64,000 nucleotides of DNA from positions 15,206 to 79,205 of the forward strand of contig JAZOUU010000103.1 of the NCBI GenBank assembly GCA_045658365.1, in the 5' to 3' direction. Under the pieces are notes generated by a model that saw only the letters and a list, made by a program, of their open reading frames with translations, had not been told where the DNA came from and did not search any database. The position numbers and the translations under genes were made by a program. Position 1 is the stretch's first letter; each line of letters starts with the position of its first letter. Below are positions 29,178 to 38,399 of the stretch, piece by piece. This DNA comes from Faecousia sp. Its GTDB lineage: Bacteria > Bacillota > Clostridia > Oscillospirales > Oscillospiraceae.

Positions 29178-31713
29178 CTTTGTTGTCCCCCTGTTCTTCC
29201 GGATAAAAGTGTACGGAAAGAGCTGCTCCGTAACGTGCAAAAAATTGAAGCAAAATGCTTGCATTCTCCCCTTCGCAGGAAGGATCGATATCCAATTCGA
29301 TTCGAGTCCTGGTGTATTGATTAGAAGGTGTCACGGCATAAGAAATCATATCGTTTTGGGGTCTAATCCGTGTCACACTATAATCAGGGTTCGACGCAAA
29401 GAATCTTGCAGCCCATTGATCCAGCTGTGTCCGCATCAGCAACTGCATCAGCTTAACGGAATAGTCGCAATAGTATTGACCTTCCGTGGTTTGCAGCTTA
29501 CGACCCATGAGGTAATTAATTGATTCCGCTTCCAGCTTTGTGTCATATCGGGCGTGAAAATCAAAGTTGCAACGCAAAAAATCGCCTTTGTAATCGGAAA
29601 TGTCAGTCGTAGCCTGCGAACTGTGCTCCACATCAACAGACAATTTGATTTCGGGAATTCCGAGCCTGTCTGCAATGCTGTTATAATAGTCCCGCAACTG
29701 CCGGGGGGTAAGCGGCTCTTTATTGTTACCGGGCTTTGCAAACAACGGCGCGTTATTGGACTGTCTGCCCTGAGATTTAATTTTTGCAATTATCTTATCT
29801 GCAATTGGACGAACCACAGGGATCAGCCGCTGTTTTTGTTTTCGCAGTGATACAGCGGTTAGAGTCCTATACTGAAACTCCTTTGTAACCGCAATCATCA
29901 GCAAATTTAGTTCCAGATCAATGATGCAGTCACCTCGTGTCAATGCACACAACTGGTTCAGAGGTAGTCCGGTATAGTATCGCATCAGTGTTGCCAGCGC
30001 CTTTTCAGGATTCTGACTATCGTTTAACAACAGGGTAAGAAACTTGGCCTCTTGCTCAGCATCAAAAGAACGATTTGTCATCTCCCTACGCAGTTTTGAC
30101 GTCTGCTTTCTAGCATATCCTTGAGTGTTGAGCATTTTCCGCACCGGATTGCACGCATAATACCGTTCGATTACTGCGTAGTCAAAAAGAATCACCATTT
30201 GTTTCATGAACAAATCGGCCTTGGTTTCTGATAAAGCATTGTCTTTGATATATGCAGACAGAACCGTCATAAGCTCGTTTGTATTTTCGATATTGGGAAT
30301 AAAACCGCAAATAGGCTCCGTCGCGCTATTAGGGCGGAAGAAAACCGAGTCGTAGAGTTCTTCGTTAAATCCCTTTACGCCGGAAATTTGGTCGAAGTGA
30401 ACAAATAACAGCGTTTTCAGCGACACAGGCTTGTTTTTTTCCAAGTATTCCTTGATTACCGCTTTACGGACTATTTTAGCCAGTTCCTTGTCCTGCAAGA
30501 GATATTCTGCCGAGGCGAGAGCTTCTTCTTTTGTGTTATACCATTTCCCGGGGATGTGGGTTTTGATCGATTTACCTCTAAGGAGCGTGTTTTTCCGCGC
30601 CTGATCAGTGGTAGGGTAGTCATAAATGCTATAGTAAGGTCTATATTTTCCGCCTTTCTGTGCAAAGGACACCCAAATCGAAATTTCTTCAGTGAACTTG
30701 TACTCGATAGGTTTTTGACGTCTGTTCGGCTCTGAATAGTCAATGTAATCCGAATTATACATCTCGCTCAGTGTTCGATCGCGCATGGTAAAGCTGTCAA
30801 AGGGAACACGGCGAAACTCCAGCGCTTCGATTTGGTTCTTGTTCACGAGTTTCATTTTCTGAACAAGGATTTCTTGGCAGTTCTGTGTAGGTTTGTTTTG
30901 CAGGATCAACAGACACTGCTTCTTTTTTTCTGCGTTAACAGCCTCTTGAGGCATAAGTACAATTTTGAAAATTGTATAATTGTCATTCAAGAAATTCCAA
31001 AGCTCACCTTCTGACTGCCGCTTTTCCAAATACACAGTTGGCATCAGAATGTAAATTCCGGTGGAGCGCTGTTCAATTAAAGCGGATTTGATATTCTCCA
31101 GAATTCGCTGGATTTCATCCGGAGTGTTGTCTCGCGCGAAATACAAAACACGGTCAAAGAATTGTTTATCCAGATACCTCATTTCTTTAACGTGATCCTT
31201 TTCTGTAGAATACCGGCTCACTTCGAAGAAACGATCGTCAGAATATGTGTAGGTGAGGGGATTGCTAAATTTCTGTTGTTGCTTAATGAAAGAAGGGGAT
31301 GGATCAATAATAAGCGTTTTGTTTTCTTTCGTCGTGAAGCGAAAGAATATCTGGCTTACAATTCCGTTTTCTATTCCGCTATTATTAGCACGATTGGCAA
31401 TGTAGGCTTCGTATTGTTGCATGAATTGTAACGGGTTGAGTTTGCTCCAGTTCCGGATGACTTCGTTATAGACTGTTTCCAGCTTGCGGAATCGAATATC
31501 TGAAAACTCAGTTTGACTTTCACGAGCTTCAATGTAACGCATGGGGTTTGTCATGTCGGGAATCGTCTCGGCATACTTTTGGGCCTCGATATAGATGTCG
31601 ATTATATGCTGCGAAGGAATGCACATAGATTTGAGTTTTTCAACATTTTCGGCAAAGCTCTTTGTGACAGTAACTTGAGTGGGATTAAGCGAATAGATTT
31701 GATTTGTTGGCAT
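29170..31713 (-). CDS. 847-aa fusion: degenerate DNA-methyltransferase-like N-terminus + degenerate tyrosine recombinase
   Basis: LIIDP, FDRVL, GIYILMP, IFKIVLMP, QCLLILQNK pattern; then TKEEA, LFDYAV...NPV, YYTGLPLNQLCAL, RLIPV, DFLR, LMGR, QYY; RBS GAGGAGG. Confidence 0.7.
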   Translation of the reverse strand: MPTNQIYSLNPTQVTVTKSFAENVEKLKSMCIPSQHIIDIYIEAQKYAETIPDMTNPMRYIEARESQTEFSDIRFRKLETVYNEVIRNWSKLNPLQFMQQYEAYIANRANNSGIENGIVSQIFFRFTTKENKTLIIDPSPSFIKQQQKFSNPLTYTYSDDRFFEVSRYSTEKDHVKEMRYLDKQFFDRVLYFARDNTPDEIQRILENIKSALIEQRSTGIYILMPTVYLEKRQSEGELWNFLNDNYTIFKIVLMPQEAVNAEKKKQCLLILQNKPTQNCQEILVQKMKLVNKNQIEALEFRRVPFDSFTMRDRTLSEMYNSDYIDYSEPNRRQKPIEYKFTEEISIWVSFAQKGGKYRPYYSIYDYPTTDQARKNTLLRGKSIKTHIPGKWYNTKEEALASAEYLLQDKELAKIVRKAVIKEYLEKNKPVSLKTLLFVHFDQISGVKGFNEELYDSVFFRPNSATEPICGFIPNIENTNELMTVLSAYIKDNALSETKADLFMKQMVILFDYAVIERYYACNPVRKMLNTQGYARKQTSKLRREMTNRSFDAEQEAKFLTLLLNDSQNPEKALATLMRYYTGLPLNQLCALTRGDCIIDLELNLLMIAVTKEFQYRTLTAVSLRKQKQRLIPVVRPIADKIIAKIKSQGRQSNNAPLFAKPGNNKEPLTPRQLRDYYNSIADRLGIPEIKLSVDVEHSSQATTDISDYKGDFLRCNFDFHARYDTKLEAESINYLMGRKLQTTEGQYYCDYSVKLMQLLMRTQLDQWAARFFASNPDYSVTRIRPQNDMISYAVTPSNQYTRTRIELDIDPSCEGENASILLQFFARYGAALSVHFYPEEQGDNKDE

Positions 31714-31912
31714 ACAACTGTCCTCCTCTTGATTTGTATGTATCTTTATTGTGATTTTTCGGTAGGGTTTCTAGTAAAAAAAGATGCCCCTGTCGGTGCT
31801 GGGACTGAGCGCACACGACCACTCCCAAAAAACCTTCCGATACTATTATGATTTTTTGTAATTCAAAATTTAAAAAACCCGCCCTAATCGACTAACAGGT
31901 GGAAAATAACAG

Positions 31913-31960
31913 AAAACACCATTTGGTAGCGCTGTAATGCGTGCTACCAAATGGTGTTTT
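31913..31960. repeat. Perfect 18-bp inverted repeat
   Basis: aaaacaccatttggtagc / gctaccaaatggtgtttt. Confidence 0.8.
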
Positions 31961-32099
31961 GATGTCTGAATAGGAGCTGTGTGCTTAAATTGTTTTTGCG
32001 ATATTTCTAAACGCCGAAATAAGCACATATTACCAGAAACGTAATTTTATATTACTGTACGACTCGATATGAGAAACTATGAAAAACAGAGCGTATTTG

Positions 32100-32119
32100 T
32101 GTTGGTCAAAAGTTGGTCA
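32100..32119 (+). repeat. 20-bp direct repeat (copy 2), integrase arm-site-like, ~120 bp from the guaA stop
   Basis: Identical to 8351-8370. Confidence 0.75.
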
Positions 32120-32160
32120 AACGCAAAATAGCGATTTTAGTTTACTGCGAATTAAGAACA

Positions 32161-32205
32161 AAAAACACCGTATTTTGCGTCTTTTAACGAAAATACGGTG
32201 TTTTT
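32161..32205 (-). terminator. 16-bp inverted repeat, guaA terminator / island end
   Basis: aaaaacaccgtatttt / aaaatacggtgttttt. Confidence 0.75.
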
Positions 32206-32239
32206 CTAACTATTTATAGAACCACGCAGCCACTCGGTC

Positions 32240-33241
32240 TCATTCCCACTCGATGGTGCCGATGGGCTTGGGAGTCAGATCCATGAGCACACGGTTGATG
32301 CCTTCAACCTCGTGGGTAATCCGGTAGGTGATGTGGTGCAGCAGGGCGTAGGGGATCTCCTCTACAGTGGCGGTCATAGCATCGGTGGTGTTGACGGCGC
32401 GGATGATGGCAGGCCAGCCTTCGTAGCGGCTTTCGTCTTTCACACCGACGCTCTTGATGTCGGGCACAGCGATGAAGTACTGCCAGACCTTTTCGTTCAA
32501 GCCGTTCTTTTCAAATTCCTCGCGAAGGATAGCATCGGCTTCCCGGAGAGCGTGGAGACGATCGCGGGTGATAGCGCCCAGGCAGCGGACACCCAGACCG
32601 GGGCCGGGGAAGGGCTGACGGTAGACCATGGCATGGGGCAGACCCAGAGCCTCGCCGACCACGCGGACTTCGTCCTTGAACAGCAGCTTAATGGGCTCCA
32701 CCAGTTCAAATTGCAGGTCTTCCGGCAGACCGCCCACGTTGTGGTGGGACTTAACGGCCTTCTTGCCCTCAGCGGCCTTAATGGATTCCAGAATGTCGGG
32801 GTAGATGGTGCCCTGAGCCAGATAGGAGATTCCTTCCAGCTTCCGGGCTTCATCGGCAAATACTTCGATAAATTCCTTGCCGATGATCTTGCGTTTGCGC
32901 TCAGGATCAGAAACACCGGCCAGAAGATCCAGGAATCGGTCGGTGGCATCTACATAAATCAAGTTGGCATCCAGACCGTCACGGAACGTCTTGATGACGC
33001 CTTCGGACTCATCCTTACGCATAAGACCGTGATTGACATGGACACAGACCAGCTGCTTGCCAATTGCTTTGATCAGCAATGCGGCGACTACACTGGAGTC
33101 CACACCACCGGACAAAGCTAGCAGAACCTTTCGGTCGCCCACTTGCTTGCGGACGGCAGCAACCTGCTCATCGATGAATGCGTTTGCCAGCTCAGGGGTA
33201 GTGATGCGGAGCATGGATTCGGGACGTACATTGTTTTCCAT
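32240..33241 (-). CDS. guaA: GMP synthase, ATP-pyrophosphatase part only (no glutamine amidotransferase domain)
   Basis: LSGGVDSSV, QGTIYPD, KSHHNVGGLP, RQPFPGPGL, KP.GTIEWE. Confidence 0.93.
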   Translation of the reverse strand: MENNVRPESMLRITTPELANAFIDEQVAAVRKQVGDRKVLLALSGGVDSSVVAALLIKAIGKQLVCVHVNHGLMRKDESEGVIKTFRDGLDANLIYVDATDRFLDLLAGVSDPERKRKIIGKEFIEVFADEARKLEGISYLAQGTIYPDILESIKAAEGKKAVKSHHNVGGLPEDLQFELVEPIKLLFKDEVRVVGEALGLPHAMVYRQPFPGPGLGVRCLGAITRDRLHALREADAILREEFEKNGLNEKVWQYFIAVPDIKSVGVKDESRYEGWPAIIRAVNTTDAMTATVEEIPYALLHHITYRITHEVEGINRVLMDLTPKPIGTIEWE

Positions 33242-33447
33242 AATGATTACCCTCCAAAGATAAAATGGGTGAAAGAAACGATAGGATTATTATAAACAAT
33301 GTTTTTTCAGAATGCAATAGTTCATTTTCTGACGAATGCATTTTTGTCGAAGTGATAAGATTGGGGAAAAAAGAGAGGCCGTTTTTGTTGCAAATTGGCG
33401 GATGTGTGGTATAATAATCGAAACGGTTTTTGCAAGAGGTGCAGAAA

Positions 33448-34380
33448 ATGGGTATTGTTGTAATTGGCGCAGTTTTTGTGGACATTAAGGGATATCCCAG
33501 TGCTGCGTTTATGCCTACCGGCAGAAATGCAGGTCGAGTGGAACAAATCCATGGCGGTGTTGGTAGGAACGTGGCAGAGGATGTTGCCAACTGTGAACTG
33601 CGCCCCACATTTTTGAGCCTTGTGGACCGTTCGGGAATCAGCGATGATGTACTTCGCAAGCTAAAGAGCCATAAGGTCAATACAGATTTTATTCGTGCTG
33701 TGCCGGATGGCTTGGGTACCTGGCTGGCGGTGTTTGACAATGACGGCGATGTATATGCCTCCATTTCCAAACGTCCGGACTTGCGGCCTATTGGCCATGT
33801 TCTGGACGAGTTTGGCGATGAGATATTCTCCAAGGCGGACAGTGTAATCATCGAAATTGACATTGAAAAAGAAGTGGTAAAGCGGGTTTTCCGTCTGGCG
33901 GAAAAATATGGGAAAAAGGTCTATGCCGTGGTATCTAATATGAGCATTGCTCTGGAGCGCAGAGATTTTCTGCAGTCTATTGATTGCTTTGTATGCAATA
34001 CACAGGAGGCGGGCATCCTGTTTTCAGAAGATTTTGCCGGATACACACCGGAGCAATTGCTGCCGGTTTTGTCGCAAAAAGTGATCAATGCCAGGATTCC
34101 CAGTATGATCGTTACGATGGGCGGAGATGGTGCTGTGTATGCTTCCATGGATGGTGAAAATGGTTACTGTCCTGCCAGAAAGGTGGCTGTTCATGATACC
34201 ACCGGCGCCGGAGATGCTTTCTGCGCAGGGGCAGCTATTGGTCTTACCTATGGCAAGGGCTTGGAGGAAGCCTGCAGGATCGGCACGTTGCTGGCCGCTT
34301 CGGTAATTGTGACATCAGAAAATGTGTGTCCCCGTTTTCTGCCGAGAGAATTGGGGTTGGATATGGATGTGCCGGATTGA
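33448..34380 (+). CDS. PfkB-family carbohydrate kinase
   Basis: GGVGRNVA, DTTGAGDAF. Confidence 0.9.
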   Translation: MGIVVIGAVFVDIKGYPSAAFMPTGRNAGRVEQIHGGVGRNVAEDVANCELRPTFLSLVDRSGISDDVLRKLKSHKVNTDFIRAVPDGLGTWLAVFDNDGDVYASISKRPDLRPIGHVLDEFGDEIFSKADSVIIEIDIEKEVVKRVFRLAEKYGKKVYAVVSNMSIALERRDFLQSIDCFVCNTQEAGILFSEDFAGYTPEQLLPVLSQKVINARIPSMIVTMGGDGAVYASMDGENGYCPARKVAVHDTTGAGDAFCAGAAIGLTYGKGLEEACRIGTLLAASVIVTSENVCPRFLPRELGLDMDVPD

Positions 34381-34406
34381 CAAATTTTATGGGATGAGGT
34401 GTAAAA

Positions 34407-35237
34407 ATGTCATATCATAGAATATTGACGATTCAGGATATTTCCTGTGTCGGGCAGTGCTCCATGACAGTGGCAATGCCCATTCTGTCGGCTTGTGGAC
34501 AGGAAACCTGTGTACTTCCATCGGCGGTGCTGTCTACCCATACCGGAGGGTTTGCGGATGTTGTGTTCCGAGATCTGTCCCACAGCATGCCGGAAATTTG
34601 GAAACATTGGCAGAAAGAGGGAATTTCCTTCGATGCCATTTACACCGGTTATTTGGGCAGCGTTTCTCAAATTGAAACGGTAAAGGAAATCCTTGGCAAT
34701 CTTAAGAACGCCAGTGGCGTTGCCGTTGTGGATCCTGCAATGGCAGACCACGGCAAGCTCTATCGTGGGTTCGATGAAGCGTATGTAATGGCAATGAAAC
34801 AGCTATGCGCCTGCGCGGATATCCTCATCCCCAACTTGACAGAAGCCTGTATGCTGACCGGACATCCTTATAAGGATACCTTTGATGAGGTTGAAATTAA
34901 GACCTTGTTGAAAGAATTGGTCATGCTGGGATGCAAGTACGTTATTTTGACCGGCGTGGGCTATGAGCCGGAGGAAACCGGCGTGGTTGTTTTCCAAAAC
35001 GGAAAACTTACCCGATACCCCCATAGGAAAATACCCGGGAGTTATCACGGAACCGGGGATATTTTTGCTGCAGCCTTCGTTGGAAGCTATCTGCGCGGAA
35101 AAGATTTGGAAGCCGCTGCCCGGATCGCCGCAGATTTTACGGCGCTGTGCATTGAGAATACTTATCAGAATCCCGCCCATTGGTACGGCGTGAGATTTGA
35201 ACCGGTCTTGCCAAAATTGATTGATATGCTGAAATAA
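34407..35237 (+). CDS. pdxK: Pyridoxal/pyridoxamine kinase
   Basis: QDISCVG.CS, LSTHTGG, YTGYLGS, VDPAMAD.G, PNLTEA, HGTGD. Confidence 0.88.
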   Translation: MSYHRILTIQDISCVGQCSMTVAMPILSACGQETCVLPSAVLSTHTGGFADVVFRDLSHSMPEIWKHWQKEGISFDAIYTGYLGSVSQIETVKEILGNLKNASGVAVVDPAMADHGKLYRGFDEAYVMAMKQLCACADILIPNLTEACMLTGHPYKDTFDEVEIKTLLKELVMLGCKYVILTGVGYEPEETGVVVFQNGKLTRYPHRKIPGSYHGTGDIFAAAFVGSYLRGKDLEAAARIAADFTALCIENTYQNPAHWYGVRFEPVLPKLIDMLK

Positions 35238-35247
35238 GGGAAAGAAA

Positions 35248-36684
35248 ATGTTTGCCAAAAAGAAGAAAAAAGGAATAGCAATTGCTGCTGCCATGTTTAC
35301 TCTGTTGGTGCTTACCGCAGCAGCATGGTGTCTGGCAGCATCTCTGGAACTGAAGCTGACGGTAAGCGGCAGCCAAAGTTTTGAGCAGGAATATGGTCTG
35401 GGCTATGTGGATGCCGGGGCAGAAGCGGCATTGGAAAGCAATATCATTAAGGGCTTGCGTATTCCGGTGGAGGTAAACTCCCAGGTGGACGTGAATCCGG
35501 ATGTGATCGGCAACTATACTGTGGAGTACCGGGCGGAATATCTGTGGTTTTTTGAGACCGCAACCCGGGATGTAACCATTGTGGATACCACAGCGCCGGT
35601 GATCACTCTGACCGAGGATACAGCGGAGTTTTGGATTCCGGGGACGGAGTATGCAGAGCCTGGTTTTGTTGCCTATGATGAATATGACGGTGATATTACT
35701 CATCTGGTAACCGTGGAACAAACCGGGAACATTATCACCTATGCGGTGGAGGATTCATCCGGTAACCGGGCGACAGCCCAGCGCGTCCTCACAGAGGGCG
35801 ATATCGTTCCTCCACAAATCTCTTTAAATGGAGAGCAGGAGGTCGTTGTGCATCTGGCAAGGCCCTATGAAGAACCTGGATTTACCGCAACGGATGATCG
35901 CGACGGCGATATCACCCAGAAGGTTGTGGTGGAAGGCACTGTAGACAGCTATACTGCCGGCAGCTACCCCATCACCTATACCGTTACCGATTCTTTCGGA
36001 AATACTACCTCTGTTGTGCGAACCGTAAAGGTCGAGCCTGCACCTATGATAGAGCCGGTGGTTCCAAACGGAAAGGTGATCTATTTAACCTTTGATGACG
36101 GCCCCGGAAAATACACGCCAAAGCTGCTGGAAATTTTGCGGAAATACGATGTAAAGGCTACCTTCTTTGTCGTAAATACAGAATATATTCATTTGCTTCC
36201 GGAAATGGTGGCGGATGGTCATACCATCGGTGTGCATACAGGAAGTCATGTTTATAAAGAGATTTATGCTGATGAAAAAGCATTCTTTGCGGATTTTAAG
36301 ATTGTATATGATCAAATTTACGAATTGACCGGCCAAAAAACCACGATCATGCGATTCCCGGGCGGAAGTTCCAATGTGGTTAGCGCCTTCAATCCCGGCA
36401 TTATGACCAGACTTACCCAATTGGTTACAGATTACGGTCTGCAGTATTTTGATTGGAACGTGGACAGCAAGGATGCAGGTGGAGCAAAGACTGCGCAGCA
36501 GGTATTTCAATCGGTGGTCGCAGGCATCGGGGATAAGACTTGTTCGGTGGTTCTGCAGCATGACACGCTGGGCTATAGCGTAGATGCGGTGGAACGGATC
36601 ATCCAGTGGGGACTGGCAAACGGCTATCAGTTCCTGCCTTTGGAACCCACCAGCCCCAATTGCCATCATTCTGTTCGGAACTAA
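35248..36684 (+). CDS. Polysaccharide deacetylase with DUF5011/Ig-like repeats
   Basis: EPGF.A.D..DGDIT repeats; LTFDDGP, H..SH, RFPGGS, LQHD. Confidence 0.88.
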   Translation: MFAKKKKKGIAIAAAMFTLLVLTAAAWCLAASLELKLTVSGSQSFEQEYGLGYVDAGAEAALESNIIKGLRIPVEVNSQVDVNPDVIGNYTVEYRAEYLWFFETATRDVTIVDTTAPVITLTEDTAEFWIPGTEYAEPGFVAYDEYDGDITHLVTVEQTGNIITYAVEDSSGNRATAQRVLTEGDIVPPQISLNGEQEVVVHLARPYEEPGFTATDDRDGDITQKVVVEGTVDSYTAGSYPITYTVTDSFGNTTSVVRTVKVEPAPMIEPVVPNGKVIYLTFDDGPGKYTPKLLEILRKYDVKATFFVVNTEYIHLLPEMVADGHTIGVHTGSHVYKEIYADEKAFFADFKIVYDQIYELTGQKTTIMRFPGGSSNVVSAFNPGIMTRLTQLVTDYGLQYFDWNVDSKDAGGAKTAQQVFQSVVAGIGDKTCSVVLQHDTLGYSVDAVERIIQWGLANGYQFLPLEPTSPNCHHSVRN

Positions 36685-36699
36685 AGAACAAAATATAAA

Positions 36700-36730
36700 C
36701 AGCACCCCGTTTGCGAAAACGGGGTGCTGT
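36700..36730. terminator. Bidirectional terminator
   Basis: cagcaccccgttt / aaacggggtgctg between convergent genes. Confidence 0.75.
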
Positions 36731-36744
36731 ATTTTGTGTTAGCA

Positions 36745-36996
36745 TTATAGATTGGCCTTTGCCATCTTCAGCGCCTGGGCCAGCTGGTCCGGGCAGGAGG
36801 TGGATTTCATACCGCAATGGATACCTTCCACTCTGGAAATGACTTCATCAATATCCATGCCTTCCACAAGGACGCCGATTCCCTTGAGATTGCCGTTGCA
36901 ACCGCCGATAAACTGAACGTTTTTGACCTTGCCGTCCTCCACATCGAAGAGGATGCTCCGGGAGCAGGTGCCGTTGGTTTGATATTCGTACTGCAT
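36745..36996 (-). CDS. TIGR03905-family TSCPD-domain protein
   Basis: GTCS, F.GGC.GNL, GI.CG.K.TSCPDQLA. Confidence 0.9.
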   Translation of the reverse strand: MQYEYQTNGTCSRSILFDVEDGKVKNVQFIGGCNGNLKGIGVLVEGMDIDEVISRVEGIHCGMKSTSCPDQLAQALKMAKANL

Positions 36997-37014
36997 ACTT
37001 ATGTTATCCTTTCT

Positions 37015-37488
37015 TTACTTTGTAATGTCTGCATATTTTGCGCCTACCAATTGGGCGAGCGCTTCCGGCGATAAGATCATCTGATGCCCTCTGGCACCAG
37101 CGGAAACGGCAATTTCATCGTATAAAACACAGCTCTCGTCAAAATGGGTAGGATACTTTTTCTTCATGCCCACTGGGGAGCAGCCGCCCCGGATATAACC
37201 GGTTAAGGACAAAAGCTCCTTTACCGCCACCATGGAAATGCTTTTATCTCCGGCTGCCAGGGCGGCCTTTTTCAGGTCAAGTTCGCAGCAGACGGGGATA
37301 CAAAACACGTGGATTCCGGTGCGTTCTCCCCGGACAACCAGGGTTTTAAATACCTGCTCCTGGGGCATACCGATGGCGGAGGCCGCATGGGTTCCACTCA
37401 GATCCTGCTCGTCATATTCATAAAAAGCTTCTCGCATAGCGATGCCGGACTGCTGAACGATCCGGACTGCGTTTGTTTTTGTTGCCAT
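37015..37488 (-). CDS. ybaK: Cys-tRNA(Pro) deacylase
   Basis: KTNA.R, VFKTLV, TGY.RGGCSP.G, VSAG.RG. Confidence 0.9.
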   Translation of the reverse strand: MATKTNAVRIVQQSGIAMREAFYEYDEQDLSGTHAASAIGMPQEQVFKTLVVRGERTGIHVFCIPVCCELDLKKAALAAGDKSISMVAVKELLSLTGYIRGGCSPVGMKKKYPTHFDESCVLYDEIAVSAGARGHQMILSPEALAQLVGAKYADITK

Positions 37489-37607
37489 TGAATCACCGCT
37501 ACCATTATACGACATGCTGTCAATGGTTGCAAGGGTGTCTTTTTTTATGAATTATGAATAGCTTAGGGGCGCTTTCGGTTATCCTAAGGAAGATTGGAGG
37601 GGTTTTT

Positions 37608-38318
37608 ATGCAGGAAAACAAAAATGCAGACATGAAAGAACAGGAACGCCAGCAGGTCATTGAACTGGGTTCTGACATCACAAAAAGCAATAAGGGTAAC
37701 ATCTACACGTTGACCATCATCGGGCAGGTAGAAGGCCATCAAATTTTGCCGGAAAACTGCAAAACTACAAAATACGAGCATGTATTGCCTTTGCTCGCCG
37801 GGATTGAGGAAAGTGAAGACGTGGACGGGCTGCTTCTTCTTTTGAATACGGTGGGCGGCGATATCGAAGCGGGCCTTGCAATTGCAGAAATGATCGCAGG
37901 CATGAAAAAGCCCACGGTATCCCTGGTGCTGGGCGGCGGCCACTCTATTGGCATTCCTTTGGCGGTGTGCACCAAGCGTTCCTTTATCACACCCACCGCC
38001 AGTATGACGGTGCATCCTGTGCGAATGACTGGGCTTGTCGTTGGCGCACCCCAAACCTTCCGTTATTTCCAGCGGATTCAGGAACAGATTGCGGAATTTG
38101 TCACATCCAATTCCAGAATCTCAAAGGAGGAGTTTGAAGGCTATATGATGGCCACCGGAGAAATGGCCACGGATGTGGGCACGATCCTTTACGGCAAGGA
38201 GGCGGTGGCATCGGGGCTGATCGACAAGCTCGGAGGCCTAAACGATGCCCTGGCTGCTCTGCACAAGATGATCGAAAAGAACGGAAAGGGCAAGCAGGAC
38301 AGAAAAACACCGCAGTGA
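37608..38318 (+). CDS. tepA: ClpP-like protease TepA
   Basis: IIGQVEGH, KTTKYEH..P, LNTVGGD.EAGLA, GGGHSIG, HPVR. Confidence 0.88.
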   Translation: MQENKNADMKEQERQQVIELGSDITKSNKGNIYTLTIIGQVEGHQILPENCKTTKYEHVLPLLAGIEESEDVDGLLLLLNTVGGDIEAGLAIAEMIAGMKKPTVSLVLGGGHSIGIPLAVCTKRSFITPTASMTVHPVRMTGLVVGAPQTFRYFQRIQEQIAEFVTSNSRISKEEFEGYMMATGEMATDVGTILYGKEAVASGLIDKLGGLNDALAALHKMIEKNGKGKQDRKTPQ

Positions 38319-38399
38319 CCCGAAAAAATAAAAATCGGGGTGGAAATCCGCTTTCAAATATGTTATCATAAATTGAAAATGTATGGGGGAGGAATGAGT

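Larger units (their letters stand above)
1..32239. mobile_element. Composite genomic/defence island integrated at the 3' end of guaA (left boundary outside window)
   Basis: Four tyrosine-recombinase-fold genes, xis, mobC-like gene and defence genes; AT-richer than the DNA right of 32240; ends at the guaA stop, a known integration hotspot. Confidence 0.85.

Noticed and set aside
32312-33863. Long antisense ORFs over guaA and pfkB (and similar ones over ftsK, glgB and the radical SAM gene)
   Set aside because: Shadow ORFs of GC-rich coding strands with no independent protein features
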